From the NCBI GenBank assembly GCA_964016885.1, contig OZ024755.1, positions 10,912,001-10,976,000 of the forward strand: a DNA stretch of 64,000 nt, given 5' to 3'. The DNA is from Eledone cirrhosa (taxonomy: Eukaryota). The translations under genes and the position numbers were made by a program. Below, piece by piece: positions 13,441 to 26,438 of this stretch (position 1 is its first letter; the number at the start of each line of letters is the position of its first letter). The notes below the pieces were generated by a model, which worked only from the letters and a program-made list of their open reading frames with translations, did not search any database and had not been told where the DNA came from.

Positions 13441-14309
13441 GATGGGGAACAATTGCATGACGTATGGAATATAAGATTTGAGGAAGATTGTTGTTGATAT
13501 TGTTGCTGTCTATCCTCAGATTAATTTTGAATCTAAACACCTTGAGAGCGCCCGTGGTTGTACGATTCTAAATTATTTAATTTCAAATGTGTATATTTAT
13601 CTAAAACATTTAGATTTTGTTAATTTATTTAATTCCTTCAAAGGTTTTGGTTATTTTTAAAATGATTTCAAAATCGTGGTCAATGTTGTCTATTAGAAAT
13701 ATGTTAATTAGAAATATGTTAATTAATATGTTAATAGTTGTCTGTAGTTAGTACTATAGTTGTATATAGTTAGTACTATAGTGGTATGTAGTTAGTTCTG
13801 TATATGTATCTGTGTGTAATAACAGCGGTCCGAAAAAAAAGATCGGTAAGTACTACAGTTGAAATAATAAATGCTGGGATCAATATGATCAACTAAAAAA
13901 ATCCTAATGCCCCAGCCTGGCCGCTATCTAATGACTGAAACCAGTAAAAGAGGGAAAGAATATAAAAGAAATCATCGCATCACACCAAGTACAGCTTTAC
14001 ATTTAATCCCTCTCCGGATTAGACACTCCACCTCCCTTCCCCTCCTCGCCCAGCTACAGATAATCAGATAAAGAAAATTCTAGAATTACATGAAATCAAT
14101 GATGTTTAAATACTGTATTGCGTGGTAGCAGCAAGTATTCTAACAAATGTCCCATACTTGAAGCAGCATTTAGACGTGAATAGTATGCCAAATGCTGTCT
14201 CTGCTGTGAGACACTTGTCATACACGGTGTGAACACTAAGAACATACACATGTAGCTTAGTATTACAATGTGTGACAATGTTACTGGTAAACCTCTGGAG
14301 ATTATAGAA

Positions 14310-14750
14310 ATGGTGATAGTGACGTTTGTAGTCGTAGAGGTGGTTGTTGTTGTGGTGGTGGTGGTGGTGGTGGTGGTGGTGGTGAGCGTGTTGTTGGTGG
14401 TTCTGTCGATAGAGATATTTGTAGTCGTCGTAGAGGTGGTTGTGGTGGTGTTGATAGTGGTTGTGTTGGTGGTGCTGGTGGTACTGAAGGTGGTGATGGT
14501 GGTGGTGGTTCTGTCAATAGAGACGTTTATAATCGCAGTGGTGTTGGTGGTGGTTGGGTTGGTGATGCTGGTGGTTCTGTCGATAGAGACAATTGCAGTT
14601 GTAGGGGTGGTTGTGGTGGTGGTGATAGTGCTGGTGCTGGTGGCGGTTAAGGTAGTGCTAGTGGTGGTTCACTCTATAGAGACGTTTGTCGTTGCAGTGG
14701 TGGTGGTGGTGATATGTGGGTTGCTAGTTGAACTGCTGCTGTCGATATTG
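14310..14750. repeat. GGT-rich degenerate minisatellite
   Basis: GGTTCTGTCGATAGAGA-like anchors near 14399, 14507, 14574 and 14666 within (GGT)n. Confidence 0.7.
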
Positions 14751-14942
14751 GGGTTGGGTTGGGTTAGGTGGGAGTGGTGGTGGTTTTTATGGTAATGGTG
14801 ATTTTTGAGCTGGAGTTGTGACCGAAATATCATGAAATATAAGGTAGGGGTGTAAATTATTGTTTATGTTTTATTTCCTTTACTTTAGTTTCCACTCTTG
14901 TATTATTATTTGTCGTTGTACCGGCTTTCCAAAAGAACCATA

Positions 14943-14984
<42 letters not shown>

Positions 14985-15685
14985 TCACAAGCATACATAT
15001 AATCATACATACATACATATATACATACATACATATACACCTTGGTGGCTGTAGAAAATGACAATATGGGATTTCCGAATGATTCGTTGAGTTGATTTGC
15101 GATTTATAACAATTTATATTCGCCCCACCACCCCTCCGGAAGAAAAAAGATATCTCAATAAATTAAACTTTATTATAGCTGAGATAATTGTAATTAATAG
15201 CCTCTGTAGGTTGTAATTAAGTATTGTCTGTAAATTCCAATTTAGTAACCCCAATGGATTGCACTTTAAGAACTCAGTAATTTGCGATTTACTAATACCA
15301 ATAAATTTTAATTTAGTAAAACCAATAAATTGCAATTTAGCAAATATATGAATTCTAAGTTGGATATATTTCTGTTACTTATTCTACAATAAGGTCAGTA
15401 AATTGTGTTTTAATATCCTCAGAGAATTGTAATGAAAAAATATTAGTTTATTGTACTTTAACCCTTTTTATACCAAACTGTATAAAACCGCCCTGATTCT
15501 ACGATATAAAACTGCTTATTTTATAGAGTGTATATTTATTTAAAACCCTTCCATCGTTAACTTTATGTAAGATAACTTTTGTTGAGCTATTTTACAAACA
15601 TCAGCTTAATAATAATTTTTAAAAACCTGTGAATAAGCATGTAATGTATTTAGAGACAATAAATTTACGTATGTCTCTTAGAAAG

Positions 15686-15800
15686 GGACACGTGACTTAA
15701 TGGTTATGGCGTTGGATTGTGTGTTCGATTCCTGGACTGAGACACGTGTTGTGTTCTTGAGTAACATGCCTTAATCCACGTTAGTGCTTCAGCCAGAAGT
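15686..15800 (+). mobile_element. SINE family B, 5' part
   Basis: GTGACTTAATGGTTA head, GTTCGATTCCTGGAC B box, TTGTGTTCTTGAG. Confidence 0.6.
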
Positions 15801-16299
15801 TGATAATGCCAATGGAACAATCAATAGAGACTTTGTTTTATACGTCCTATCTGTTTTATTCCAAACAGTGTTGGGTAAAGCCTATTGATATATTTTGTAA
15901 TGCACTCATGAGTTCTTAAAGTTTGATTCAGTCGTAATGAAGTTTGAACGCAGTCTATTTCTTCCAATGAAATAGAGCGATAGAGAAAGATTGACCCTAG
16001 TACTGGATTGGTACTTAATGTACCTCGGTGGGGTTTGGACTCAGAGCTCAGAGAGCTGGAATGAATCCCATGAATCATTATCTACGACGCTCTAACAACT
16101 TCACTATTTCGAGACTACATAACCTTGAAGCAAACACTGTTAACGCACGATAGTCTGTATATTTTTTCTATTTTAACAGTTACACTTTTGGCCATCAGAT
16201 GTATCGCCTACATCAACACGTAGTGTGTGGGTGTGTATATGCAAATATGTATAGAAATATCTCTTTCTCTCTCTCTCTTACCCTCACTCTTTCTCTCTA

Positions 16300-16344
<45 letters not shown>

Positions 16345-16906
16345 GGTGAATGTCCGGATAATGGAGAAGTTCATTAAATCCGTATCACTATAAGTAGCGT
16401 GCTCTGTAGTGCCATAAGCAAACTTCAAGAGAGTAAAGACTCATATATACTTCGGATTCTAGATTACCAGAACTTAATCCATTAATATTATACATGTACA
16501 CGTGCATGTACATACGCACAAACATACATATATAATTCACATGCATACAAATATATATACAAATATATATTCAATCAGTAGAACTTAGAAAATTATTTAC
16601 GATTTTACAAGTGACAACAAGATGGTGAATGTTTTTCTATATCCCATATCATATGATCCTTCACTAATGATTATGGCGGGATAACAAGCAGGCATGATTG
16701 TATGAACGTATATATGTATGCATTTAAGTAAATATACATAAATGCGTACTTACATGCATACAGACATACGTACTTGTATACACATGTACGTATGTTTGTA
16801 TGCATGAAAGTATGTATTTATATATATGTATGTATGTATACACACACACATACACGTATATATATATATATATATAATAAAATGTGGAGAGGAAGCACAC
16901 GAGTTA

Positions 16907-16966
<60 letters not shown>

Positions 16967-16970
<4 letters not shown>

Positions 16971-17073
16971 ACAGGGAGAAAGAGACGATTATTAACCCAG
17001 AAAAAAGAGAGAGAGAAACAAAAAAAATATATATATATATTTTTCTTCCGAATAATCGTCTCTTTCTCCCTGT

Positions 17074-17077
<4 letters not shown>
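16967..17077. repeat. Inverted repeat, perfect 27-bp arms, both outer ends in (TA)n
   Basis: GAAAACAGGGAGAAAGAGACGATTATT (16967-16993) and its reverse complement at 17051-17077. Confidence 0.9.
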
Positions 17078-17113
<36 letters not shown>

Positions 17114-17477
17114 TTTGCTCTGGTACTTACATAGAGCACTCTTCACTTCTATGACCTTTTCTGTTTTCTACGGAAATTTCAATACTTATATATATATATA
17201 TATATATATATGCTAATAATCTTCACTAGCTAGTTACGACGAAATTTCGCCGTTTAGGTTGAAATAAGCAGCAAGTATTAAAGATCAACATGACATTTTA
17301 AGGGGTTTATTTATAAGTTATGTATATAAACACAAATACAATATTTAATTAAACATAAACCCATTGTTCTTCACAATTGACTGAAACTATCAAAATGGAA
17401 TATTTCACTCATTTATAATTTGAGCATACCAATATTTTGTACAGTCTAGGCTTAAAATAACTTCAGCAATACCATCG

Positions 17478-17531
<54 letters not shown>

Positions 17532-17562
17532 GTGTGTGTGTATATATATATGTATGTATGTA

Positions 17563-17657
<95 letters not shown>

Positions 17658-17670
17658 ATATATATGTATG

Positions 17671-17701
<31 letters not shown>

Positions 17702-17714
17702 GTGTGTATATATA

Positions 17715-17806
17715 TGTGAATGTCTGTGTATATGTATGTTTATGAGTGTAGAATATATATATATATATTCCTCACTCATAAACGTACACATACACAGACA
17801 TTCACA
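17715..17806. repeat. Imperfect palindrome centred on (TA)n
   Basis: 39-bp arms with 4 mismatches directly flanking a short TA tract. Confidence 0.85.
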
Positions 17807-17967
17807 GAAGCATACACACACACACCAGAAAGGCGTAATATTTTGAAATAAAGAAATTCAGTGTTTCCTGCTGCCGCCGCCGTCACTTCTATCTCTCTCT
17901 CTCTCTCTCTCTCTCTCACACTCCCTCTTTTCCCCTCTTTCTCTCACTTACTCCCTCTCTCTCTCTA

Positions 17968-18020
<53 letters not shown>

Positions 18021-18023
18021 CTC

Positions 18024-18063
<40 letters not shown>

Positions 18064-18313
18064 CGTACAATTGTGTGAGCTGGTTCCATCAGTATAATTT
18101 CATGGTATATAAAATGTGATAGGTAGACAGAACTAGTAGAGCGTCTGAGAACGCGTTAGGCGCTATTTGTTCCAACATTTTACATTCTAACTTCTAATTT
18201 CACCAATGTAAATATGCATTACAAGTAGTTCTATCACTTCCTCTCATTCTATACACATAGACACACACGCGTATATATATATATGTGTGTGTGTGTTTGC
18301 GCATGTCTATGTG

Positions 18314-18384
<71 letters not shown>

Positions 18385-18850
18385 AACGAGAAAGGTAATG
18401 AATGAAACAAACGCAATGAAACGAAGTAACACGTTACCGGACATACAGACATAGACTGATTATGTTAATTGTCATTCGATCGAGAAAGGGCCGTCTTCTC
18501 ATTGGCTGAACTCTACCCAAAAGGTACCGGAAGTAATTATTTCTCTTCCTTCTTGGGATATTAACCCTTATTGATTACATTTCCTTGCAGTCTGTACATT
18601 TCCTTCATTCAAGTTTCGGATGTAGGGAATATAACCTGACAGCCATTTTGTTTTTGTTTTTTAGTTTTGTTTTATATATATATATATATAAAGTAAGGAT
18701 TGTATGAATGGAAGGTTGTGGAGAATATAATATAATATAATAATATAATATATCATTATGACATAATACGGAAATAACTTGGTAATTAGTCCTGAGGGCT
18801 TCGCATACAATAAGTAGAATCCAATATTATGCTCAAGGACACAGACGCAT

Positions 18851-18919
<69 letters not shown>

Positions 18920-19364
18920 AACACACACAGACTCACACCCACCCACATACAAACGCACACACACACACTGCCAAAGTCAAATCCGTCTCTCTTTTTTTTT
19001 GTGGGTGGAATATGATGTAATCATAATGAAAATAAATCCGGGTAGACTGCACACTGTATGTCCGGAAACAAGTCATCGCTACTTCTGCTAATACTACCAA
19101 GGATAATGATAACAATAATAATGATTTCTAATTGAACCACAATACCATTAATTTAGTAGTAGTTTGGTCGAGAGAAAATCGAATAAATCCAGCCGAGTAC
19201 TTATTTAGTACGCTGTTTTATCGACAGCATATGGATCACAGGCAAAGCCGACTTCGGTACGATTTCAACTCAGCCTAAAATGCTACTACAAATAACACAA
19301 ACCAGTTTGTCTGACTCTCTAACGTTTCACCGCCCTCATATATTAATACTGATATATTTTTCTG

Positions 19365-19520
19365 ATTTAGGTACAAGGCCAACACATTTTGGGGAGGGGA
19401 ATGTCGATTAAATCGTCCCCAGTACGTTACTGGTGCTTTATTTTATTGACTCCGTTATGATGAAAGGCAAAACTTACCTCGGCGGAATTTGAACTAAGAA
19501 CATAAAGGGCTGGAACAAAC
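19365..19520 (-). mobile_element. SINE family A
   Basis: Reverse complement of the family A centre and B box (ATGAAAGGCAAAAC...CCTCGGCGGAATTTGAAC). Confidence 0.75.
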
Positions 19521-20358
19521 CCTGTTCATATATTAAACGTTATCAACATAGCGGTTGCAATATTAGTGAGGCTGGAGAAATGTATATAAATGCCGGAGGG
19601 CAGAGGCAATAGATAGATTAGAAATTAATGAAACATGAAATGCATGTAAATAATTATCATAAAAACACATAATTAAGACAATTTATAACATAAAACTGAA
19701 AGAAAACGTACAGGGTTATATTCCTCAACTAGGGTTAAGTCGGCGATGGAATCGTTATTGTTGTTGTTGTCGACATCGTTGTCATTCTTATTTTTGTTGT
19801 CGTTGTTGTTGTTATCATCGTTATTGATTTTATTATCATTGTCGTTGTTGTTGTTGTCATCATTATTGTCATTGTTGTGACTGTCGTTGTCGTTATTGTC
19901 ATTATTTTTGTTGTCGTCCTTGTTGTAGTTGTTTTTGTCGTCGTCATCGTCGGCTTTCAGTGAAGCTCGGGCAAAACCGAATTCGATTTATGGTTGATTC
20001 CGGTATTAATGTCTTTGATAAAGTAATTAGGTTACACTTTCTCATATTTATTATTCTAAAAAAGAATCTGAAAGACTAAATATATAAGGAAATATCTATG
20101 ACAGAAAGTTGAAGACGCTATTTTTTAGTCTTACATGGGCATGAATCTGTAGTATATTAAGGACACTGATAAGGAGTTCGTGGCGTTCATTTATTTCCTA
20201 AGGATATTTGCGATGTCAAAGCAAGTTAAAATATTTAAACGGAAATTAAAACCGATAGCTGTCTCTTTCGAGGCGAAATAACATAGCCAACCCACGTGCC
20301 TACGTTTCCGTCATAGTCTCACATAACAGTTATATTTATTTGTTGTTGTTGTAGTAGC

Positions 20359-20431
<73 letters not shown>

Positions 20432-20756
20432 ATTGACTAATTGAATCAATGTTAGGTCTCATTACCTCGGATCTGCCCTCCGCTCCCTACACCTTCTCCC
20501 CTCTCCCTCTCTCTCTCTCTTTCGCTCGCTCAGGAACCTAAAGGGTTTTTTTATAAGCTATATTGGAAATCAAGGCTGACGTGTAGTCCTGGCGGAAACC
20601 ACACTCCGATATTTAACTGTTGATTTGAGAGTTTAGGTTTTATGGTGGAATGTTCCAGTGACCTATTTCTGGTTGTGACACCGCATCAGGTTTATGGTAG
20701 ACAGTTTACGTGACCTAGTTTATTTTATACTAAGCACATGAAACTCTGGACATATC

Positions 20757-21035
20757 CAGGATGCTGAATTAAGTGCAAAAATTGCAGAAGCTGGTGCAGT
20801 AATGCGACAGCGTCAGCATCGGTTATCAGAAGGAAGGGAGGTGTAAAACCCAAATTCACTATCTTCAATTCGGTATTCTTGCCAATTTTTGCCTACGGTC
20901 ATGAATCTTGGGTAATGCCTGAAAGAATATTATCACGAATACAAGCGGACGAAATTGGGTTCCTTCGAGTTTGGGGATCCAGCCGCATCAATTGGAAGCA
21001 ATTGCTTCTGACAGGGGCCGCCATAGGGGTTTGGA
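20757..21035 (+). pseudogene. RTE-clade LINE ORF2 C-terminal fragment, internally deleted
   Basis: QDAELSAKIAEAGAVMRQ / KFTIFNSVFLPIFAYGHESWVMPERILSRIQADEIGFLR / GIQPHQLEAIASDR. YGHE.WVM.ER..SRIQA.E..FLR is typical of the RTE (Expander/Rex3-like) RT thumb; stop and frameshifts present. Confidence 0.85.
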
Positions 21036-21250
21036 GCTATAGGGGTGCGTGTCTATAAACAGAATTCGATGATAACGGCTGAAACGTTGATCGTAAGTCA
21101 GCTCATTCAGGGTCAGGGGTGATTAGAAGGCTAACATCAGCAACAACAGAAATAACAACAACCAATGGATGCCATAAACGTGAAAACATTGTACATAGCT
21201 ACACAAATTTATATATATATATATATTATATTTATTATATATATATATTT

Positions 21251-21282
<32 letters not shown>

Positions 21283-21305
21283 ATATTATATATATATATA
21301 TTATA

Positions 21306-21414
<109 letters not shown>

Positions 21415-21864
21415 TTAGTTAAGCAAAACAAGACCACAAATTTCACAAGGAAGACAGACATTATTAAAAGATTGTCAACATATTTTAGTTTGATGTAAGG
21501 AATGTAGAGAATAATAATAATAATATTAATAATAATAATGTCCGTTTTCAATTGTTTCGCTACTCCATATAATATTTCTGAATCAGATGACTATATATCA
21601 TAATTGATCTGGTTCAGTTGAAAATAATTAACATATTTAAAAAACAGTGTGGTTCATCGGAACTTCAAAGGAATATAAATTAAAATAATGGGATAATGTT
21701 ACATAATATAATGTTCCATATATTGGTTTTTACTATGCTTTCTACTGCATATTGCACATTGAGAATATGCCTTTACGCTTTGGCTTCTAACTAACTCACC
21801 AATCTCTCCTCTCATATCTCCTCTACTATCTCCATCTCTCTCTTTAAGATTGGTTACTCTTGAA

Positions 21865-21909
<45 letters not shown>

Positions 21910-21932
21910 ATATAATTATTGAGAGCCTCTCA

Positions 21933-21965
<33 letters not shown>

Positions 21966-22116
21966 TATACATATATATATATATACATATATATATACAT
22001 ACATATATATATATACATATATATATATATACATACATATATATATGCATATACATATATATATACATACACATATATATACATACACATATATATATAT
22101 ACATATATACATACAT

Positions 22117-22168
<52 letters not shown>

Positions 22169-22223
22169 TATGTGTGTAGTAGCGGCTAACATTCACGTCC
22201 ATCCATCAATTCTATTTAATAAT

Positions 22224-22412
22224 TGTTTCTACTTTTGGCACAAGGCCAGCAATTATCCAGTACATTACTAGTACTTTATTTTATCGACCCCATAAGGATG
22301 AAAGGCAAAGTTAACCTCGGCGGGATTTGAACTCAGAATGGCAAGGGCCGTAACTCTATGCGTCAAAGCATGGCGTCCAACCCTCTACCGATACTGCCAA
22401 TTTACCGCCCTA
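22224..22412 (-). mobile_element. SINE family A, near full length
   Basis: GTACTTTATTTTATCGACCCC...GGATGAAAGGCAAAGTTAACCTCGGCGGGATTTGAACTCAG...CTCTACCGATACTGCCA is the reverse complement of family A. Confidence 0.9.
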
Positions 22413-22537
22413 TTCTATTTAATAATAACAGTTAAGAATACTGAGCTTTTTATTTCCATGACTCCACATTTATGTACTAGTACTACAACTACTACTACTA
22501 CTACTACTTCTGCTACTACTATCACTACTACTACTAT

Positions 22538-22591
<54 letters not shown>

Positions 22592-23199
22592 GACTACTAC
22601 TACTATTGATGCTACTACTACTGCTGCGGCCACTGCTGTGACTACTACTGCTGCTACTACTACGATTACTACTACAACAACTAGTACTGCTACTGCTGCT
22701 GCTACTACTACTATTACTTTTACTACTTCTACAACCACTACTGCTGTTACAACTAACATGACGTCCACCACCAACATCACAATTACCACACCGCTATCAC
22801 ACCCACCTGTATCAGGCTCTCTAATAATCATGACCAGTATAATCATCATCATCATCATCATCATAGCCATCATCATTATCAATATCAAAACCACAATGAT
22901 CATTGCCGTCAACACCAACATCACCACCATCACCACCACGAACGCCACCAAAAACAAAACCACAACAACCACCACGAACACCATCACCAGCACCATCACC
23001 ATCACCAAAACCATCGCCACCACCACTACCATCATCATCACCATCATCATCATCATCATCAACACCAACAACTACAAGGAGTATCCGAGAATTAATCGTG
23101 ACGAGGTTTCTAAAAACCATTAAACTGACCTTAGAATCACAAAGCTGTCATATAACTTTTTATATTGTTTCAAATCAACTGCAGAACTGACAGTTAGAA

Positions 23200-23237
<38 letters not shown>

Positions 23238-23633
23238 TCTCTATACCACACACAGACATTTTCTCTCATTCACTCTCTACCACACACACATATACACACA
23301 TTCTCTCTTTCTCTCAATCTATCAACCTATCTAACTACACCATAAACACACACATACACGCATACGTACTTACCCACATGTTTTTCATTCACTCACTTCC
23401 CGTCTCTCCCCTCTTTCACTGAAAGACCTCGATAAAAGTTATATAAGTAATAACCGTAGAGAAATATATATATTATTCGCACATATTAAAAGTTTATACC
23501 CAGTCTTTGCTTAAACTCTTTAATCTGTTCAAAGAATATAAACATACACATATATATATTTAAATGTATGTAACTGTGTGCGTATGTATATACATATATA
23601 TGCGCGCGTGTGTGTGTGTGTGTGTGTATTATG

Positions 23634-23700
<67 letters not shown>

Positions 23701-23747
23701 AGGATGAATATAAAATGAAAGTGCTTTTGTTAAAAAAGGAATTTATT

Positions 23748-23870
23748 AGGTATTGACATATGTTTCTGTAACAGACCGAATACCTATGTATCGCTGCTTG
23801 CGTAATCATATAATGTTAGCAAGTATTCGATAGCAAATGTATAATCAGTTGTCACTTCTTCAGAGATTTT
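23748..23870 (-). ncRNA. Degenerate hammerhead ribozyme motif in the PLE 3' region
   Basis: CTGAAGA (23863-23857), long stem II closed by GTGACA/TGTTAC, GAAA-CATATG-TC (23766-23755) with palindromic loop; stem I poorly paired and A.A at the base of stem II. Confidence 0.5.
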
Positions 23871-24336
23871 GGATAAACTGGATAAAATCAGAAAAATTGA
23901 AGTATTTATATTAGTAAAAGAGGAAGGAACAGAGGGGATAGAATATGACAGATGGTAAAATAATTTACTGCTAAACAAGTATATAATGGGTTTTTAATGA
24001 GAATACCATGAGTAAATCTAAATAAGAATTTTGGGGGTGCCGATTTTAATCTCTACTTGACCAACTGGACAGTGGACAGGGCTGGTCATTTGGTGCAGTA
24101 GTATTAATCATAAAGTGTCAATTGGGGAAGGGGGAGATTTCGATTGCTACTAAATAACATCAATGCTAGTGGTCAGCTGGTATTTGCTCTAGGGAATTGA
24201 ATCAAAAAATCAGAAATCTCATTTTATCTATAGCAGTTTGTATTAAAAGGTAAATAATAGAAGAGTTGATAGAATTAAGACTAATAAAGAATGTTCCTAT
24301 CTATTTTGACAATCAAACGGGGATAGAGACAGGCGT

Positions 24337-25551
24337 TCAATCCTGGTAGTATTTATAATATGAAAATGTAGATTTTAAGCGATGGTTACAGTATAACGAT
24401 CGCTCTATTCTGTTATTTAATAAAATGTTTTTGGATTTCATAATACAAAATAATTCTACATTACATAATCTACAAAATTCCTGTCCATTGGAATATGGGG
24501 GGGCAGTCGCTATTATATCCCATTTTAGGTGAAATTGTTGGTTATTTTCACGCAGCTGCCAAGCCTTGTCTGCGAGTGTTGTTACATAACGCTGGTTTTC
24601 ATGTTTTATCGAATAACGATGTCTATAAAGGCGTGATTTAAAGGAGGTGGCTGTAGATCCCACATAGTACCACTTCTGTCTATCCGATTCGATAGTACAT
24701 TTGTATACGATGTTGCGTTCAAGACACTGGTTGTTCAACGGACACATTCCTGGTTGGACACAGTTGCAATTACAATTTTGCGTTGTTGTATTGCCATGGA
24801 TCGGTTGATGAGGTTGCTTATGTAGAACAGGATGTTGTTTGTTGTTTTGTGATGTTATAGCTAATGTTTTACGTGTATTGTTATGTGTTGGAAGGCGTTT
24901 ATACAACCGTTTTGCGTTAAGCATTTTTATATGTTGTTCAATATTAGGGGCGGTTGAATATGAAAGTCGGATGGTGTTAGGGTTTAAGATTTTATTATAT
25001 TTATGTGATGTTGGAAAGTGTTTTCTAACTAATCGAAAGAATTTTGAGGGTAGATTGGTTTTAATAGATTTGTTATAGACCGGGTTGTACCAGATATACT
25101 CCTTACATCGCCTTCTGTTTGGTGGTGTGCGACTATTATTGTGTCTATTGCGGTAGTGTATGTATGGTGGTGATTCTGTGCTATTTCTACTCCTATGTGA
25201 TTTATTTTGGGTGTTTTGGTGATCATTGACTATATACTCTATATTATCTAGGTGACCGGCTTTCCTAAGTGCATCATCATAATACTCGGCATGTTCTTTG
25301 AAGGTTTGTTGGTTGGACGATAGGCGGGAGATTCTAAGAGAAACATTTCTAGGGATGGATTTAATTATAGAGAGTGGATGGTTAGAACTCGTATTTACAT
25401 ATTTAAGGTTCTCATTTAGTTTATGGAACGGTTTAATCGTATCTGTATTGAGATTGAAAGTAACATCAAGGAAATTGACCTCTTTGAGGTTATATTCAAA
25501 TGTAATATTTAATCCTAGTTCTTTAAAAAGTTTTCTGATATTTTTACGCAT
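24337..25551 (-). CDS. Penelope-like RT C-terminus/thumb plus GIY-YIG endonuclease (N-terminally truncated, no YxDD)
   Basis: 404 aa uninterrupted: VNFLDVTF, YVNTSSNHP..IIKSIP, WYNP...KHFP...IRLSYS, CNC...CPLNNQC, IVYKC...YYVGST..FKSRL.RH, CRLC..E. Frame stays open to about 25566 (QNLER), so the ATG is internal. Confidence 0.92.
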   Translation of the reverse strand: MRKNIRKLFKELGLNITFEYNLKEVNFLDVTFNLNTDTIKPFHKLNENLKYVNTSSNHPLSIIKSIPRNVSLRISRLSSNQQTFKEHAEYYDDALRKAGHLDNIEYIVNDHQNTQNKSHRSRNSTESPPYIHYRNRHNNSRTPPNRRRCKEYIWYNPVYNKSIKTNLPSKFFRLVRKHFPTSHKYNKILNPNTIRLSYSTAPNIEQHIKMLNAKRLYKRLPTHNNTRKTLAITSQNNKQHPVLHKQPHQPIHGNTTTQNCNCNCVQPGMCPLNNQCLERNIVYKCTIESDRQKWYYVGSTATSFKSRLYRHRYSIKHENQRYVTTLADKAWQLRENNQQFHLKWDIIATAPPYSNGQEFCRLCNVELFCIMKSKNILLNNRIERSLYCNHRLKSTFSYYKYYQD

Positions 25552-25592
25552 CCTTTCTAAATTCTGAAATAATTGACTTTCTCCTAGAGAAT

Positions 25593-25753
25593 ATATTACC
25601 TTCCAGTGTACTACCTATATATATATATATAGGTAGTACACTGGAAGGTAATATCTGCAGTGGTAGAGCACTCAGTCCATGGGACGAGTTTGGTATATCC
25701 GCATAAGGTGAAACAATTGTTCTCGATATGGTGAACTAACTGTTGTGTTACTA

Positions 25754-25801
<48 letters not shown>

Positions 25802-25818
25802 TAGTAACACAACAGTTA
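25593..25818. repeat. 124-bp TA-embedded insert whose two ends are each mirrored across (TA)n
   Basis: Perfect palindromes 25593-25654 (62 bp) and 25737-25818 (82 bp), each centred on (TA)n; insert 25632-25755 contains GAAA-CAATTG-TT. Confidence 0.9.
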
Positions 25819-26276
25819 TATATATGTATGCATAATACTCACACACACACACACACACATACATATGTATATATATATATGTATTTGAGAATTGTTATTC
25901 CTTGGCCTATTTCTCATACATAGCTTGCACGAACATGAATTTTTTGCACTGTCAAGGTCTTAGATTCCTTTCTGCATATGGTGCAGCGGAATGAAAAAGA
26001 AGAACATGTTCACGCAACACATGTGAAGTCCATTTAGATCAAGTAATGCCTCTGATTGAAACTTTTTTTTAAAGTGAAATAGGGCTTTGCACTGGACCAA
26101 CCGCAATCTGTGAGCAACGGTGAAAGTTATCCAAAAAGAAGATCCGCTCAACATCATTTGCTGCCATCGAGTGAAAGGTTTTACATCAGAGTTTTCCTTC
26201 CCGGAGAATGATGTCCTAACAAGAACTAGGGGTCTCTCCCTCCCTGTGGGGACCAAACTAAGTATTTCCATCTCCT

Positions 26277-26375
<99 letters not shown>

Positions 26376-26400
26376 ATGTACATCTCACATACACACACAC

Positions 26401-26438
<38 letters not shown>

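Larger units (their letters stand above)
23698..25566 (-). mobile_element. Penelope-like retroelement (PLE), 5'-truncated
   Basis: RT-thumb/GIY-YIG ORF followed by about 640 bp of 3' sequence containing a hammerhead-like core and ending in a (TA)n tract. Confidence 0.85.

Noticed and set aside
25960-26280. Complex ORF-like sequence next to the PLE
   Set aside because: Stops in most frames and no recognisable motif; left unassigned
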